Below, in pieces: positions 1 through 10,657 of a stretch of 64,000 nt of DNA. The stretch spans positions 12,694-76,693 of the forward strand of contig NZ_JALHLP010000012.1 in the NCBI RefSeq assembly GCF_022844465.1. Direction: 5' to 3'. The number at the start of each line of letters is the position of its first letter. The first letter of the stretch is position 1. Under the pieces are notes generated by a model. That model ran no database searches and had not been told where the DNA came from. It saw only the letters and a list, made by a program, of their open reading frames with translations. Made by a program: the position numbers and the translations under genes. This DNA comes from Bradyrhizobium sp. (GTDB taxonomy: Bacteria > Pseudomonadota > Alphaproteobacteria > Rhizobiales > Xanthobacteraceae).

Positions 1-102
1 CCGGGCCCGGCCGCGCTGACCGACGGGCTGGATGAGATCGTGAAGGCGTTGTGGGTGGAAGACTCCCCTACGCCTTCTCCACGCCGCACCATTCGGCGAT
101 GA
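1..102 (+). CDS. 3' end of a cobalamin/Fe-siderophore-type ABC substrate-binding protein (partial)
   Basis: Frame 1 reads PGPAALTDGLDEIVKALW... to TGA at 100-102. (Q)PGPAALTDGL is the typical C-terminal motif of BtuF-like binding proteins in rhizobia. Overlaps the convergent 3' end of the M20 gene. Confidence 0.6.
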   Translation, partial: PGPAALTDGLDEIVKALWVEDSPTPSPRRTIRR

Positions 103-1348
103 ACAGCGCAGTCGCCTTGGTCGATTTGCGCAGCGACTCCAGATCGACATATTCATTGAAGCCGTGCATCGCCGCCCCGCTGGCGCCAAAGCACAGGCTC
201 GGGATGCCATAGTTCAGCCCATAGAAGCGCGTGTCGGTCAGCGCGGTGAAGACGAGGTCCTGGACCTCACCGCCATAGACCGCATTGAACGCCTTGCCGA
301 AGGCGGCTTCCGGCGCCGCGGAATCCTTCAGCTCATATCCTTCCGACAGGAAGCCGGACCATTCCACCTGCGGCGGATTGTTGGAAAGAAAACGGTGATC
401 GCGCGCCGCTGACGACACGCAGGCCAGGATTTCGTTCTGGCAATCGGCCACCGACCAGCCCGGCAGGATCGCGATCCGGCAATCGAGGTCGCACCAGGCC
501 GGCACGCTGGAGGCCCAGTCGCCGCCCTTGATGATTCCGGGATTGAAATTGATCGGATGGTTGATTGCCGCAAAGTGATTGTCCTTGCTGGCGCGCGCGT
601 TCCACTCGGCTTCGAGCTTCTGCAGCGCCTGGATCAGGTGGTAGGCTGCCATGATGGCGTTGGCGCCGGAGCCGGCCTCGAACACATGCACCGGGAAACC
701 GCGCACCCGCAGCCGGAACCAGATCACGCCGACCTGCGAGCGCACCATCTTGCCGCCGGTCGGCTCGGGGATGAAGCAGGCGTCCGCGCGATAGCCGCGC
801 TGAAGCGTGGAGAGCGCGCCGACACCGGTGGATTCTTCCTCGATCACGGATTGAAAGTGGATCCGCGCGGTCGGCCGCAAGCCCGCGGCCTTGATCGCGT
901 CGAGCGCATAGAGCGCGCCGATGGTGCCTGATTTCATGTCGCAGGCGCCGCGACCGTACATTCTGCCGTCCTTGACGACAGGCGCGAATGGCGGCGCGTC
1001 CCACATGTCGAGCGGTCCGGCCGGAACGACGTCGCAGTGCCCCTGCAGGATCAGCGATTTGCCGGCGATATTCGCCGGCCGGTAGGTGCCGACCACCGTC
1101 CGCGCCTTCGAGAAATCGTGCTCGATCGGCCCGAAGCCGCGCAGATCCTTCAATTCCTCGACGTCGATATGCCAATCGTCGACCTCATAGCCGCGCGCCC
1201 GCAAGAGATCGCCGATCATGTCCTGGCAAGGCCCTTCGGCGCCGCGAGTCGAGGGAATCGCGACAAAATCCCGCGTCGTTGCCAGTTGCGCCGCAAATCC
1301 GGAATCGACGGCGTCGAGGATTCTCTGGGTATTCTCGTTGGCGTTCAT
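68..1348 (-). CDS. ArgE/DapE family deacylase (M20 metallopeptidase)
   Basis: 426 aa with M20 motifs QGHCDVVP, GRGACDMKSG, IEEE, EPT and HGFNE. Confidence 0.9.
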   Translation of the reverse strand: MNANENTQRILDAVDSGFAAQLATTRDFVAIPSTRGAEGPCQDMIGDLLRARGYEVDDWHIDVEELKDLRGFGPIEHDFSKARTVVGTYRPANIAGKSLILQGHCDVVPAGPLDMWDAPPFAPVVKDGRMYGRGACDMKSGTIGALYALDAIKAAGLRPTARIHFQSVIEEESTGVGALSTLQRGYRADACFIPEPTGGKMVRSQVGVIWFRLRVRGFPVHVFEAGSGANAIMAAYHLIQALQKLEAEWNARASKDNHFAAINHPINFNPGIIKGGDWASSVPAWCDLDCRIAILPGWSVADCQNEILACVSSAARDHRFLSNNPPQVEWSGFLSEGYELKDSAAPEAAFGKAFNAVYGGEVQDLVFTALTDTRFYGLNYGIPSLCFGASGAAMHGFNEYVDLESLRKSTKATALFIAEWCGVEKA

Positions 1349-1483
1349 GGGGGTTCCCTGGTGCTGATCGAGGCTCGATCAAAGCACAGTCCGGCGGGAA
1401 CTCCACCCCCTGGATTGCTTTCAGAATCGGCCAGTCGCTCCTACAGTCAGGGCCGATCCAGAGCGAACTCAACGGAGATCGTA

Positions 1484-1747
1484 TTGACGCTCACGAAGAC
1501 GGCCGCACGCGGGTCACTTGCCGCGCTCGCCAGTATCGTGCTGTGGCTGATGGCAGCGCCGGCGCTCGCGTACCAGGTTTCGCGCGAGCAGGACATCGTC
1601 GATCTCAGGCTTGGCCAGCGCGTCCTCGTCGATGACGGCTCGTGCCCGACCGGGCAGGTCAAGGAAGTGTTGGGCTCGCAGATGACGTCGACAGGCGTGC
1701 TGCGCACACGCCAATGCATTCCAAGGCTAGGAACGAAAAGACGTTAG
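1484..1747 (+). CDS. Small secreted hypothetical protein (DUF6719-like)
   Basis: TTG start after GGAG, in the frame of ORF 1037..1747. Signal peptide followed by REQDIVDLRLGQRVLVDDGSCPTGQVKEV, which I recognise as a Bradyrhizobium DUF6719-type sequence. Confidence 0.65.
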   Translation: MTLTKTAARGSLAALASIVLWLMAAPALAYQVSREQDIVDLRLGQRVLVDDGSCPTGQVKEVLGSQMTSTGVLRTRQCIPRLGTKRR

Positions 1748-1777
1748 AACTTGCGGACGATCGATGCGCCAAGCCGC

Positions 1778-2173
1778 TCACGGATTCGACGGCTCGAACA
1801 TGCACTGCAACGCCGGCTTGGCGATCTTGGTGAAGGTCGGGCCGATCTGGGAACGCTTGGCGGGAGGCACCCACGCGGCTTCGATCGTCGGCACGCCGGT
1901 TTCGCTGATGCCGCGCAGCAGCGCTTCGCGCAAATCGGCATCCTCGACGGCCGCCGCGGCATAATCGTGCAGGCAACCGCAGACACTTTCAGGATACGCC
2001 CAGCGTCCCAGCATATGCGGAGCGCACTGCCGCACGAAGTCGCCGCGGGGATCGGCGGGCTTGAACAGGGATCGTAACGAGGTCTGGGGCGGCTGAACCT
2101 GGACCTGGGCATGCGCCGACCCGAGGATGAGCCAGAACGCTAGGATCACGCCGGAGCAAATTCGTGAAAGCAT
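1778..2173 (-). CDS. Secreted hypothetical protein, Cys-containing
   Basis: 131 aa with signal peptide (AHA-QV), VCGC motif, further Cys and normal codon usage. Confidence 0.7.
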   Translation of the reverse strand: MLSRICSGVILAFWLILGSAHAQVQVQPPQTSLRSLFKPADPRGDFVRQCAPHMLGRWAYPESVCGCLHDYAAAAVEDADLREALLRGISETGVPTIEAAWVPPAKRSQIGPTFTKIAKPALQCMFEPSNP

Positions 2174-2565
2174 GTAAGGCCTTTGTCGGCGATCTTCCTG
2201 AAAAACTGTCTGCTTCGCTCAGTCGGGCGCAACCACCATGGGCCGCGGCGCGAACCTCGCTATGGTTTGCGGCATCTCTCAGCATGTGCTTATCGCTCGG
2301 CCGTTTCACGGTATCTCCGCCGAAAGCGGAAAACGGTTTCATTGAACAGGAGAATTGTTTCTTCGGCGGAAAGCGACGAAACATTGGCGAAAAAACCTCA
2401 ATAATTTCAGCGAAAACGCCTTGTCATCGCCGGCGTCGGAAACCCGTCCTCCAGCAATATCAGAAGCGTCTTGAACCCAGGCGCGCGCCCGCCGACTCAC
2501 GCAAATACCCGAAACTTTTCTCGTGAACGCGCGTTGCAATTCTTCCTCGCAGAAGGAGAGCCGTC

Positions 2566-2868
2566 GTGGGCAATGGCAACCTCAATGTTGGCAATGGAAC
2601 CACGACCTGCACTCAGCCGGCTATTGAGAATGTGACAGGCGGAAATAGCCCTTGTGAACCGCGGATCGAACTTTCCCTGAACATGACGGGCAGGCCACAA
2701 TCACCGGCGGGTGTTGCAGTCTCATGTGGGGCGATGTCGCAGCAGGCCGGAGAATTCGGCGATAACATATCTGCACCGCAGGGTTTTTTGCATCTGGTCG
2801 GATGCCGCGAGCGCAAGGTCACGCCAGGCGACGAAAGAAATTCATCTTCCTATCCGCCCAAACGATAA
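2566..2868 (+). CDS. Putative 100-aa hypothetical protein
   Basis: GTG start 7 nt after AAGGAG; fills an otherwise empty 700-nt gap. No family recognised. Confidence 0.4.
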   Translation: MGNGNLNVGNGTTTCTQPAIENVTGGNSPCEPRIELSLNMTGRPQSPAGVAVSCGAMSQQAGEFGDNISAPQGFLHLVGCRERKVTPGDERNSSSYPPKR

Positions 2869-2901
2869 AGCCCCGGGGCCTTCTGGCGGCGAGACCTTAC
2901 C

Positions 2902-3450
2902 CTACTGGATGAATTCACCGCATTTTTGAACGGAAGCGTCAGCGGGCCCCCAAGGCATGATGGGCACCGAGGAGGTCGAGTTCTTCGGCGAACCCTCGAT
3001 CAGCTTGTCCGAATAGACCATGTAAACCAGCACGTTGCGCTTGGCGTCGCACCCACGGACAATCTGCATCTTCTTGAAGAACAACGATCGGCGCTGGCGG
3101 AACATGTCATCGCCCTGCTCCATCTTCTGCTTGAAGCGAATCGGTGCGATCTGGCGGCAGGCCAGCGAAATGTCTGAGACCTCCTCCGCCAGACCCAGCC
3201 AACCCTTGTATCCGCCCTTTTCCGGCACGGTGAAATGGCACGCCACCCCCTCGATCTCGGGGTCATCCAGCGCATAGGTTGCCAGCTTGTCGTTCGGACT
3301 GAGCCATTTGAAAACGGTCGAACGGCGAAAGATCAGGTCCGGCTCCTCCGCGGCCGAAGCCGGGTTCGACTGCCAAAGGCTCAGGGCGAGCACCATCAAG
3401 GCCAGAACGGCCAATTTCCTGTCACATCTCACGACGGCCCCTGGTGTCAT
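2902..3450 (-). CDS. creA: CreA family protein
   Basis: Signal peptide; motifs DDPEIEGVACH, GLAEEVSDISLACRQ, RRSLFFKKMQIVR, VYSDKLIEGSPKNSTS. Confidence 0.85.
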   Translation of the reverse strand: MTPGAVVRCDRKLAVLALMVLALSLWQSNPASAAEEPDLIFRRSTVFKWLSPNDKLATYALDDPEIEGVACHFTVPEKGGYKGWLGLAEEVSDISLACRQIAPIRFKQKMEQGDDMFRQRRSLFFKKMQIVRGCDAKRNVLVYMVYSDKLIEGSPKNSTSSVPIMPWGPADASVQKCGEFIQ

Positions 3451-3703
3451 TGATATCTCCGCTGCAACGATCCCCGCCTATGTAGTGCGGGAAAGCCGTA
3501 CAGGAAGGTCGGGCCAGCAACGGGAAGGTCGGGTAGCCGGCCCAGCCGCCGGCTAGGCCAGTTAACGGATTGTGAGGCTTTTTTGCTACGCTTGGCGGCA
3601 AAAGCGCTGCAATTGGAGGGCCTATACTGGTGAACGCCATACCCCTCTGCGACAACCAACAAGACATCGGGACAGCAGGCTCGAATATCCGGAGTTGAGG
3701 ATT

Positions 3704-5353
3704 GTGCGCGTGAGTAGGTATCGGCGTTTCAGTGCGAAACTTGCAAGCGTAGATGCTTCAAGAACGCGATTTTGGCGGATGGCGATCCTGACCGCGGCCG
3801 CAATCGTTGTCGCGGCACCGGAGGCTGAGGCTGCCCTGTTCTATTGGCAGGACTCCTATCCCGGCTACTACCGGCCCGCGCCCACGGCGCAGCCGCGGCG
3901 TCAGCGGACACGCCGGCCCTCCGCCAAGTCCGAGACAACCCAGAGGGAAGCGAGCGCCAAGCCGCAAGGACCGCTGATCATCGCCGTCTCGCTCGATCAG
4001 CAGCGGGTCCGCGTCTACGACGGCAAGGGATTGTTCGCGGAAAGCCCGGTGTCCACTGGCATGAGGGGGCATTCGACCCCGATGGGCGTGTTCAGCATTA
4101 TCCAGAAAAACAAGAAACACCGCTCCAACATCTATAGCGGCGCGCCGATGCCCTATATGCAACGCATCACCTGGTCCGGCATCGCGCTGCATGCCGGCGT
4201 ATTGCCGGGCTATCCGGCCTCGCATGGCTGCATCCGCATGCCGATGGCGTTCGCGATAAAGATGTGGAACTGGACCCGGATGGGCGCGCGCGTGATCATA
4301 ACGCCCGGCGAAATCACGCCCGCGGCGTTCGGGCATCCGCTGCTGGTGGCGCAAAAGGTGAGGCCACAACCCCTCATTGCCGACGAGCCGAACATGTCTG
4401 CGCCTGCTGTGAAAGGTGACAAGGGCGCTGACGCCGGCTCCACGATCCGGTTTGCAAGCCCGAGCTTTGCCAACGCGCATGCGAGCCTTGAACTCCGATC
4501 GACCGTCGGACACGCGGCTTCATTGCGCGAACAATTGCATAAAGCAGATGCGAGCAGCGCCTTGAAGGCGGGGGACACGGCCGCGACGATATCGGACGCC
4601 GGAGCTTCCATCGGCGCCATGCAGGCTGACGATAAGCCGGCCGAGGCGAAGGGCTTGACCCCTCCGGAAGCCAGGCCCGACGAGGTTACCGCCGTTGCTC
4701 CGGCCGTGGAGCCGACCGGCGCTGCCGAAGCCAGGGCCGATCCCGCGAACGAAGACAAGGCCGTACCCAAGGCCGAAGACAAGTCCGTCGCGGCGGTCGC
4801 CGCGACGCCGGCTTCCCTGCCCGACATGAAAGATACCTCGCGTCTGCCCGGCGCCGAGAAAGCGGTCGCCGCAAAGCCCGAACCGCCCAGGCGTCCGGGC
4901 CAGATTGCAGTATTCGTGAGCCGCAAAGATTCGAAGCTTTACGTTCGAGAGAGCTTCAAGCCGCAGTTCGACGTGCCGGTGACGATCGCGCCCAGCGACC
5001 GGCCGCTTGGAACCCACCTGTTCACCGCGGAAGCGGACAAGAACGATCCGAATCTGCTGCGCTGGTCGGTGGTCTCGCTGCCGGTCACGGCCCGCTATGC
5101 CGTCCGCATCGACGAAACCGACCGTTCGGCACGGCGCCGCGCCCCCGGCGGCGGCGCGCTTGCAGAAACAAAGCCGCTCCCCGCTCCGAACAATCCGCAC
5201 GAGGCGCTGGACCGGATCACTATTGCTCCGGATGCGATGGCGCGGATCGCGGAGACGCTGACCACCGGCGCCTCGATCGTGGTGTCCGATCTTGGCATCA
5301 GCCAGGGCGGCGAGACCGGCGAAGGCACCGATTTCATCGTCCCCTTACGCTAG
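3704..5353 (+). CDS. L,D-transpeptidase (YkuD family) with long Ala/Pro-rich linker
   Basis: YkuD domain VSLDQQ...SPVSTG...TPMGVF...HAG...ASHGCIRM. Start uncertain (GTG 3704/3710 or ATG 3779). Confidence 0.9.
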   Translation: MRVSRYRRFSAKLASVDASRTRFWRMAILTAAAIVVAAPEAEAALFYWQDSYPGYYRPAPTAQPRRQRTRRPSAKSETTQREASAKPQGPLIIAVSLDQQRVRVYDGKGLFAESPVSTGMRGHSTPMGVFSIIQKNKKHRSNIYSGAPMPYMQRITWSGIALHAGVLPGYPASHGCIRMPMAFAIKMWNWTRMGARVIITPGEITPAAFGHPLLVAQKVRPQPLIADEPNMSAPAVKGDKGADAGSTIRFASPSFANAHASLELRSTVGHAASLREQLHKADASSALKAGDTAATISDAGASIGAMQADDKPAEAKGLTPPEARPDEVTAVAPAVEPTGAAEARADPANEDKAVPKAEDKSVAAVAATPASLPDMKDTSRLPGAEKAVAAKPEPPRRPGQIAVFVSRKDSKLYVRESFKPQFDVPVTIAPSDRPLGTHLFTAEADKNDPNLLRWSVVSLPVTARYAVRIDETDRSARRRAPGGGALAETKPLPAPNNPHEALDRITIAPDAMARIAETLTTGASIVVSDLGISQGGETGEGTDFIVPLR

Positions 5354-5444
5354 TTCGGACCGACTCATAACGTCTTGTTGAGCCGTGCCGGCGCGCGCGT
5401 TGGAGTATGTTAAGCGCCATTGATGCGCAAAGCGGAGGTTTTCC

Positions 5445-6017
5445 ATGATCGACCGCAGGACCGTGATGACGGCGGCACTGGCCGCAATCGCAGACCTGAC
5501 GACATCCAGACCGGCCCCGGCGCAACCAGCGATGAGCCGAATCACAGCTTACGCGTTTTCGTTTCTGGGATTGGCCGGCGGCGATATCAAGCTGGCCGAA
5601 TTTGCCGGACGTCCGATCCTGGTGGTCAATACCGCCTCGCTCTGTGGCTTCACGCCGCAATATGGCGGCTTGCAGGAATTGTGGACCGAGTTCAGCGGCC
5701 GCGGCCTGATGATCATTGCCGTGCCCTCCAATGATTTCGGCGGACAGGAGCCGGGCGGCGCCACCGAAATCACCGCGGCCACGCAACATCACCGCGTCAC
5801 ATTTCCAATCGCGGCCAAAACGGTGGTGAAAGGCGCAGGCGCGCACCCGTTTTACAAATGGGCGGCAGAGGCGCGACCGAAAGACGTTCCGCGCTGGAAC
5901 TTCCACAAATATCTGATCGGCCGGGACGGCTACATCGCCGAGGTGTTTCCAGAATCCGTCGTGCCCGCGGATACACGGGTCAAGACCGCGATTGCGCGGG
6001 TTCTGGCCGACAGCTGA
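5445..6017 (+). CDS. Glutathione peroxidase family protein (Cys-type) with Tat-like signal
   Basis: VVNTASLCGFTPQY, PSNDFGGQEPG and WNFHKYLI motifs; N-terminus MIDRRTVM... Confidence 0.9.
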   Translation: MIDRRTVMTAALAAIADLTTSRPAPAQPAMSRITAYAFSFLGLAGGDIKLAEFAGRPILVVNTASLCGFTPQYGGLQELWTEFSGRGLMIIAVPSNDFGGQEPGGATEITAATQHHRVTFPIAAKTVVKGAGAHPFYKWAAEARPKDVPRWNFHKYLIGRDGYIAEVFPESVVPADTRVKTAIARVLADS

Positions 6018-6180
6018 TTGATCAATTGCCAGCCAATCCGCTGGGTGTGACGACCACCACCGCCTTGGCGCGCCACCTCTAACTAGGGTACTATACCATA
6101 ACGTAAAATTGGGGCCCGAGGGCCGAGGGACGACGGGTGCACCGGCGACCGGGCCACAAATGGATTTTGGGGAAAACAAC

Positions 6181-7077
6181 ATGCGCATAGCAGCAGGGTT
6201 GATCTTTGCAGGCGCGGTGACACTGCTGGCGTCGGGTGCGGCCTGGTCGCAGGCGCCGGCTTCGCCGCAGGCGGCCCCGACCCGCCCGCCCTGCAACAAC
6301 CCGGGCGCGCTCGGCATCGGCCGCACCGTCGAGATCGACACGACAGGAGGTCCCGGATTCGGCTTCGAGCATTTCAAGGATCTCGACTTCCTGCGCGACA
6401 AGGAAGTGGTGTTGACCTTCGACGACGGCCCCTGGCCGGTCAACACGCCCGCGGTCTTGAAAGCGCTCGCGGAAGAATGCACCACGGGCATCTTTTTCCC
6501 GATCGGCAAGCACGCCACCTATTTTCCGGAAATTCTCAGGCAGGTGATGGCGGCGGGTCATACCATCGGATCGCACACCTGGTCGCATGCCGCCCTCATC
6601 AACAAGAAGCTGGACGAGCAGCAGCGCAAGGACGAGGTCGAGAAAGGCTTCAGCGCCGTGAAGTGGGCGCTTGGCGGCAAGGCGCCGGCGCCGTTCTTCC
6701 GTTTCCCGGCGCTGCAGCACCCGCCGGAGATGGTGACCTATCTCGGCACCCGCAACATCGCGATCTTCTCCTGCGATCTCGATTCCTTCGACTTCAAGGC
6801 AAGCAAGCCGCAAACCGTGATCGACAATGTGATGCGCAAGGTCGACAAGCTCGGCAAGGGCATCATCCTGATGCACGACTTCCAGAAACACACCGCCGAG
6901 GCGCTGCCCGATCTGTTGAAGCGGCTGAAGGCCGGCGGTTACAAGGTAGTCGCGATGCGCGCCAAGGCGCCGGTGCAAACCATCGCCCAGTATGACGAGG
7001 GCGTCGTCAAGGACCTGAAGCTGCCGACCATGAATTCGCGTCCGGTTTCCAGCGTCGTGCAGACGATCTCGGAATAA
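6181..7077 (+). CDS. Polysaccharide deacetylase (CE4/NodB homology domain)
   Basis: Signal peptide; VLTFDDGP, HTWSH, FFRFP and ILMHD motifs. Confidence 0.9.
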   Translation: MRIAAGLIFAGAVTLLASGAAWSQAPASPQAAPTRPPCNNPGALGIGRTVEIDTTGGPGFGFEHFKDLDFLRDKEVVLTFDDGPWPVNTPAVLKALAEECTTGIFFPIGKHATYFPEILRQVMAAGHTIGSHTWSHAALINKKLDEQQRKDEVEKGFSAVKWALGGKAPAPFFRFPALQHPPEMVTYLGTRNIAIFSCDLDSFDFKASKPQTVIDNVMRKVDKLGKGIILMHDFQKHTAEALPDLLKRLKAGGYKVVAMRAKAPVQTIAQYDEGVVKDLKLPTMNSRPVSSVVQTISE

Positions 7078-7090
7078 CGCGGCCAGGCCG

Positions 7091-7648
7091 GTGCCGGAGC
7101 CGCGCATCGAAGGATACGTCATCGTCTCCGCCGACGGCATGCTGGCGGACGCGCGCAATCTCATGCCCGACGAATTGAAGTTCGAGGGTGACAAGGCGTT
7201 CTTCAGCGCCGCCCTTGACCATGCCGACCTCGTCCTGCACGGCCGCAATTCCTACGAGGACCAGCCGAACTCGCCGCGGCGCAAACGGATCGTCCTGACG
7301 CGCAAGGTCGGAGCGATCGCGACCGACCCATTAAATCCGAACGCGACCCTGTGGAATCCCGCCGGCGCACCCTTTGCCGCCGCCTGCACGCATGCCGGCG
7401 TCGACAGCGGCACCATCGCGGTGATCGGCGGCCCCGGCGTATTCGGCTTGTTCATGGACCGCTACGACGTATTCTGGCTCTCGGTGGCCTCGCGGGTGCG
7501 GCTTCCCGGCGGCGAACCCTGCTTTCCCGGCGTCCCCGCGTATTCTCCGCAGGACATCCTGGCCGCGCACGGTCTGCACCCCGGCGCGCCGAAGACGCTC
7601 GATGCGGCCGAGGGCGTCACCGTGACGCCATGGCGGCGCGGCGCCTGA
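7091..7648 (+). CDS. Dihydrofolate reductase-like (RibD C-terminal fold) protein
   Basis: GYVIVSADGMLAD, HGRNSYE, IVLTR and VIGG motifs of the DHFR fold. Confidence 0.7.
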   Translation: MPEPRIEGYVIVSADGMLADARNLMPDELKFEGDKAFFSAALDHADLVLHGRNSYEDQPNSPRRKRIVLTRKVGAIATDPLNPNATLWNPAGAPFAAACTHAGVDSGTIAVIGGPGVFGLFMDRYDVFWLSVASRVRLPGGEPCFPGVPAYSPQDILAAHGLHPGAPKTLDAAEGVTVTPWRRGA

Positions 7649-7675
7649 ACAGGCGCCGCCACGGCGCCAACTGGC

Positions 7676-8128
7676 TCAGCCGTCGCCGTAGGCCGGTTCG
7701 TCCCGCCGCGGCCCGCGGCCATAGCCCACGATCATGAACAGGGCGCCGATGATCGACAGGTTCTTCAAGGCCTCGATCAATGTCCTGGCGTTGTCGGGCG
7801 CCGCCTGATTCCAGAAATCGTGGAAGTAGAAGGTGGCGGCGAGCACAAACAGGATCAGCAGGATCGCGAAGAATCTCGCCAGGAAATTCACCGCGATCAT
7901 CAAACCGGCAAGAATCTCCAGCCCGCCGACCGCAATCGCCAGCAATTGCGGCGTCGGCATGCCGGTCATGCTCTCGAGCTGCAACGTGTAGGGCGCGAGC
8001 AGCGCGGGGATGGTCACCTTGGAGGCAATGAAGTCCGCCGTTTGCTGGATCGCAAAGAGCTTGGTTGCGCCTGTGTACATGAAGAGCACGGCGAACAGGA
8101 TCCGCCCGAAAATAACGAACGCTGGCAT
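7676..8128 (-). CDS. DoxX family membrane protein
   Basis: MPAFVIFGRILFAVLF..., HDFWN, LKNLSIIGALF motifs; ATG at 8128. Confidence 0.85.
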   Translation of the reverse strand: MPAFVIFGRILFAVLFMYTGATKLFAIQQTADFIASKVTIPALLAPYTLQLESMTGMPTPQLLAIAVGGLEILAGLMIAVNFLARFFAILLILFVLAATFYFHDFWNQAAPDNARTLIEALKNLSIIGALFMIVGYGRGPRRDEPAYGDG

Positions 8129-8276
8129 GAACAGGCCTCGTTGAGATGGCAATGCAGGATTGACACGCGGCACAATGACTATGGGCGTTTCGCCGCCGCT
8201 TTTCAAACTCCGAAATCGGAACGCCCCACCCTCGCAATCAAGCCCCCGATAGCAGCAGAACCAAGGCCATTCCTGG

Positions 8277-10586
8277 TTAGCCGAACAGGGTCGGCTGCGC
8301 GCGGCCTGCACGTTCCTGGGCTTCGACGGCGGCAACCGCCGTCATGTTCAGCACGCCACGCGCCGTCACGCCGGGGGTGAGAATATGCGCCGGCCGGGCC
8401 GGGCCGATCAGAATTGGCCCGACCGGCAACGCGTCAGCCAGCGACTTGATCATCTGGTAGGCGACGTTGGCGGTGTCGAGGTTCGGCATGATGAGGATGT
8501 TGGCCTCGCCCTCCAGGTTCGAGTGCGGCAGCACCAGCCTGCGCGCGGCCGCGGAGAGCGCGGTATCGCCCTGCATCTCGCCGTCGGCCTCGATTTCCGG
8601 GTGCTTTTCCTTCAAGAGCGCGGTGGCGCGGCGCATCTTGCGGGAGGAATCGGTATCGTAGCTGCCGAAGTCGGAATGTGACACGAACGCGACGCGCGGT
8701 TTCATGTTGAACCGTTGCACGTGGATCGCCGCCAGCGACGCCACTTCGGCAAGCTCTTCGGCGCTCGGATTGGGCCGCACCTGCGTATCGGCGATGAAAT
8801 AGGAGCCCTTGCTGGTGATCATCATCGCCAGCGCCGCGAAGTCGCTGACGCCCGGCAGGAATCCTACGATCTCGCGGACATGGCGCAGATGGCTCATGTA
8901 GCGGCCCTCGACGCCGCAGATCATGGCGTCGGCCTCGCCGCGGACCACCGCGAGCGCGGCGATCACGGTGGCGTTGGTGCGAACCACGGTGCGCGCGGCT
9001 TCCGGCGTGACGCCGTGCCGGCCGGCCACGTCGATATAGGTCTGCACGTAGGAGCGGTAGCGCGGATCGTCCTCGGGGTTGACGAGGTCGAAATCCTTGC
9101 CGGCCTCGATCGCAAGGCCGAACCGCTTGATCCTGGCCTCGACCACGGACGGCCGCCCGACCAGGATCGGCCGCGCCAGCTTTTCCTCAAGCACGACCTG
9201 GGTGGCGCGCAGCACCCGCTCGTCCTCGCCCTCGGCGTAGATCACCCGAACCGGCTGCGTCTTGGCCTTGGCGAACACCGGCTTCATGACCAGACCGGAG
9301 CGGAATGCGAAGCGCTCCAGCAGCGCGGTATATTCGTCGAAATTGCTGATCGGGCGCGTCGCCACCCCGGAGTCCATCGCCGCTTTCGCCACCGCCGGCG
9401 CGATGCGCAGGATCAGCCGCGGGTCGAATGGGCTCGGGATCAGCGAGCCCGGTCCAAACCCCTGGGTCTCGCTGCCGTCGAAGCCGTGCGCCACCGCATC
9501 CGACGGCGGATCGCGCGCCAGCTGCGCGATCGCATCGACCGCGGCATGCTTCATTTCCTCGTTGATGGCGGTGGCGCCGACGTCGAGCGCGCCACGGAAG
9601 ATAAAGGGAAAGCACAGGACGTTATTGACCTGATTGGGAAAGTCCGACCGCCCGGTGCAGATCATCGCATCGGGACGCGCCTTGCGCGCCTCGTCCGGCA
9701 TGATTTCCGGCGTCGGATTGGCCAGCGCCATCACCAGCGGCTGGTCCGCCATCGCCTTGACCATGTCAGGCTTCAGCACGTCAGGCGCCGACAACCCCAG
9801 GAAGATGTCCGCCCCGCCGATCACGTCGGCCAGCACGCGCGCGCTGGTCTTCTGCGCATAGACCGCCTTCCAGCGATCCATCAGCGTGTTGCGTCCCTCA
9901 TGGACCACGCCGTCGATATCGCAAACCCAGATGTTCTGGCGCTGCGCCCCCAGCGAGACCAGCAGGTTCAGACACGCGATGGCGGCCGCCCCGGCGCCGG
10001 AGCAGACGATCTTCACGTCGGGCAGTTTCTTGCCGGTCAGCCGCAGCGCATTGGTGATCGCGGCGCCGACGATGATGGCGGTGCCATGCTGGTCGTCGTG
10101 GAACACCGGGATCTTCATCCGCGCCTTGAGCTGCGCCTCGATTTCGAAGCACTCCGGCCCCTTGATGTCCTCAAGATTGATGCCGCCGAAGGTCGGCTCC
10201 AGCGCCGCTACGGTTTCGACCACGCGCTCGATCGTATCGGCGGCGATCTCGATGTCGAACACGTCGATCCCGGCGAACTTCTTGAACAGGACGGCCTTGC
10301 CCTCCATCACGGGCTTCGAGGCCAGCGGGCCGATATTGCCAAGGCCAAGCACTGCGGTGCCATTGGACACCACGGCAACCAGATTGGCGCGCGCCGTCAG
10401 CGACGCCGCTTCGGCCGGATTCCTCGCGATCTCGAGGCAGGCGGCCGCTACGCCGGGGGAATAGGCGAGCGCGAGGTCGCGCTGGTTGGCAAGTGGCTTG
10501 GTCGCCTGGATCTCGAGCTTCCCCGGTTTCGGCAGCCGATGATACGCCAGCGCCGCGTCGCGGAGTTCTTCAGAATAGGACGGCAT
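8277..10586 (-). CDS. maeB: NAD(P)-dependent malic enzyme with phosphotransacetylase-like domain
   Basis: 769 aa; [41 protein letters not shown], plus C-terminal PTA-like domain (AEGEDER, DGEMQGD). Confidence 0.95.
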   Translation of the reverse strand: MPSYSEELRDAALAYHRLPKPGKLEIQATKPLANQRDLALAYSPGVAAACLEIARNPAEAASLTARANLVAVVSNGTAVLGLGNIGPLASKPVMEGKAVLFKKFAGIDVFDIEIAADTIERVVETVAALEPTFGGINLEDIKGPECFEIEAQLKARMKIPVFHDDQHGTAIIVGAAITNALRLTGKKLPDVKIVCSGAGAAAIACLNLLVSLGAQRQNIWVCDIDGVVHEGRNTLMDRWKAVYAQKTSARVLADVIGGADIFLGLSAPDVLKPDMVKAMADQPLVMALANPTPEIMPDEARKARPDAMICTGRSDFPNQVNNVLCFPFIFRGALDVGATAINEEMKHAAVDAIAQLARDPPSDAVAHGFDGSETQGFGPGSLIPSPFDPRLILRIAPAVAKAAMDSGVATRPISNFDEYTALLERFAFRSGLVMKPVFAKAKTQPVRVIYAEGEDERVLRATQVVLEEKLARPILVGRPSVVEARIKRFGLAIEAGKDFDLVNPEDDPRYRSYVQTYIDVAGRHGVTPEAARTVVRTNATVIAALAVVRGEADAMICGVEGRYMSHLRHVREIVGFLPGVSDFAALAMMITSKGSYFIADTQVRPNPSAEELAEVASLAAIHVQRFNMKPRVAFVSHSDFGSYDTDSSRKMRRATALLKEKHPEIEADGEMQGDTALSAAARRLVLPHSNLEGEANILIMPNLDTANVAYQMIKSLADALPVGPILIGPARPAHILTPGVTARGVLNMTAVAAVEAQERAGRAQPTLFG

Positions 10587-10657
10587 TCAATCCCCCCGCA
10601 GGCTGCCAACAGCCCCGAATCCACTTTCGGCGACCGGTCTCCGTTCAAGCCGTGGCG

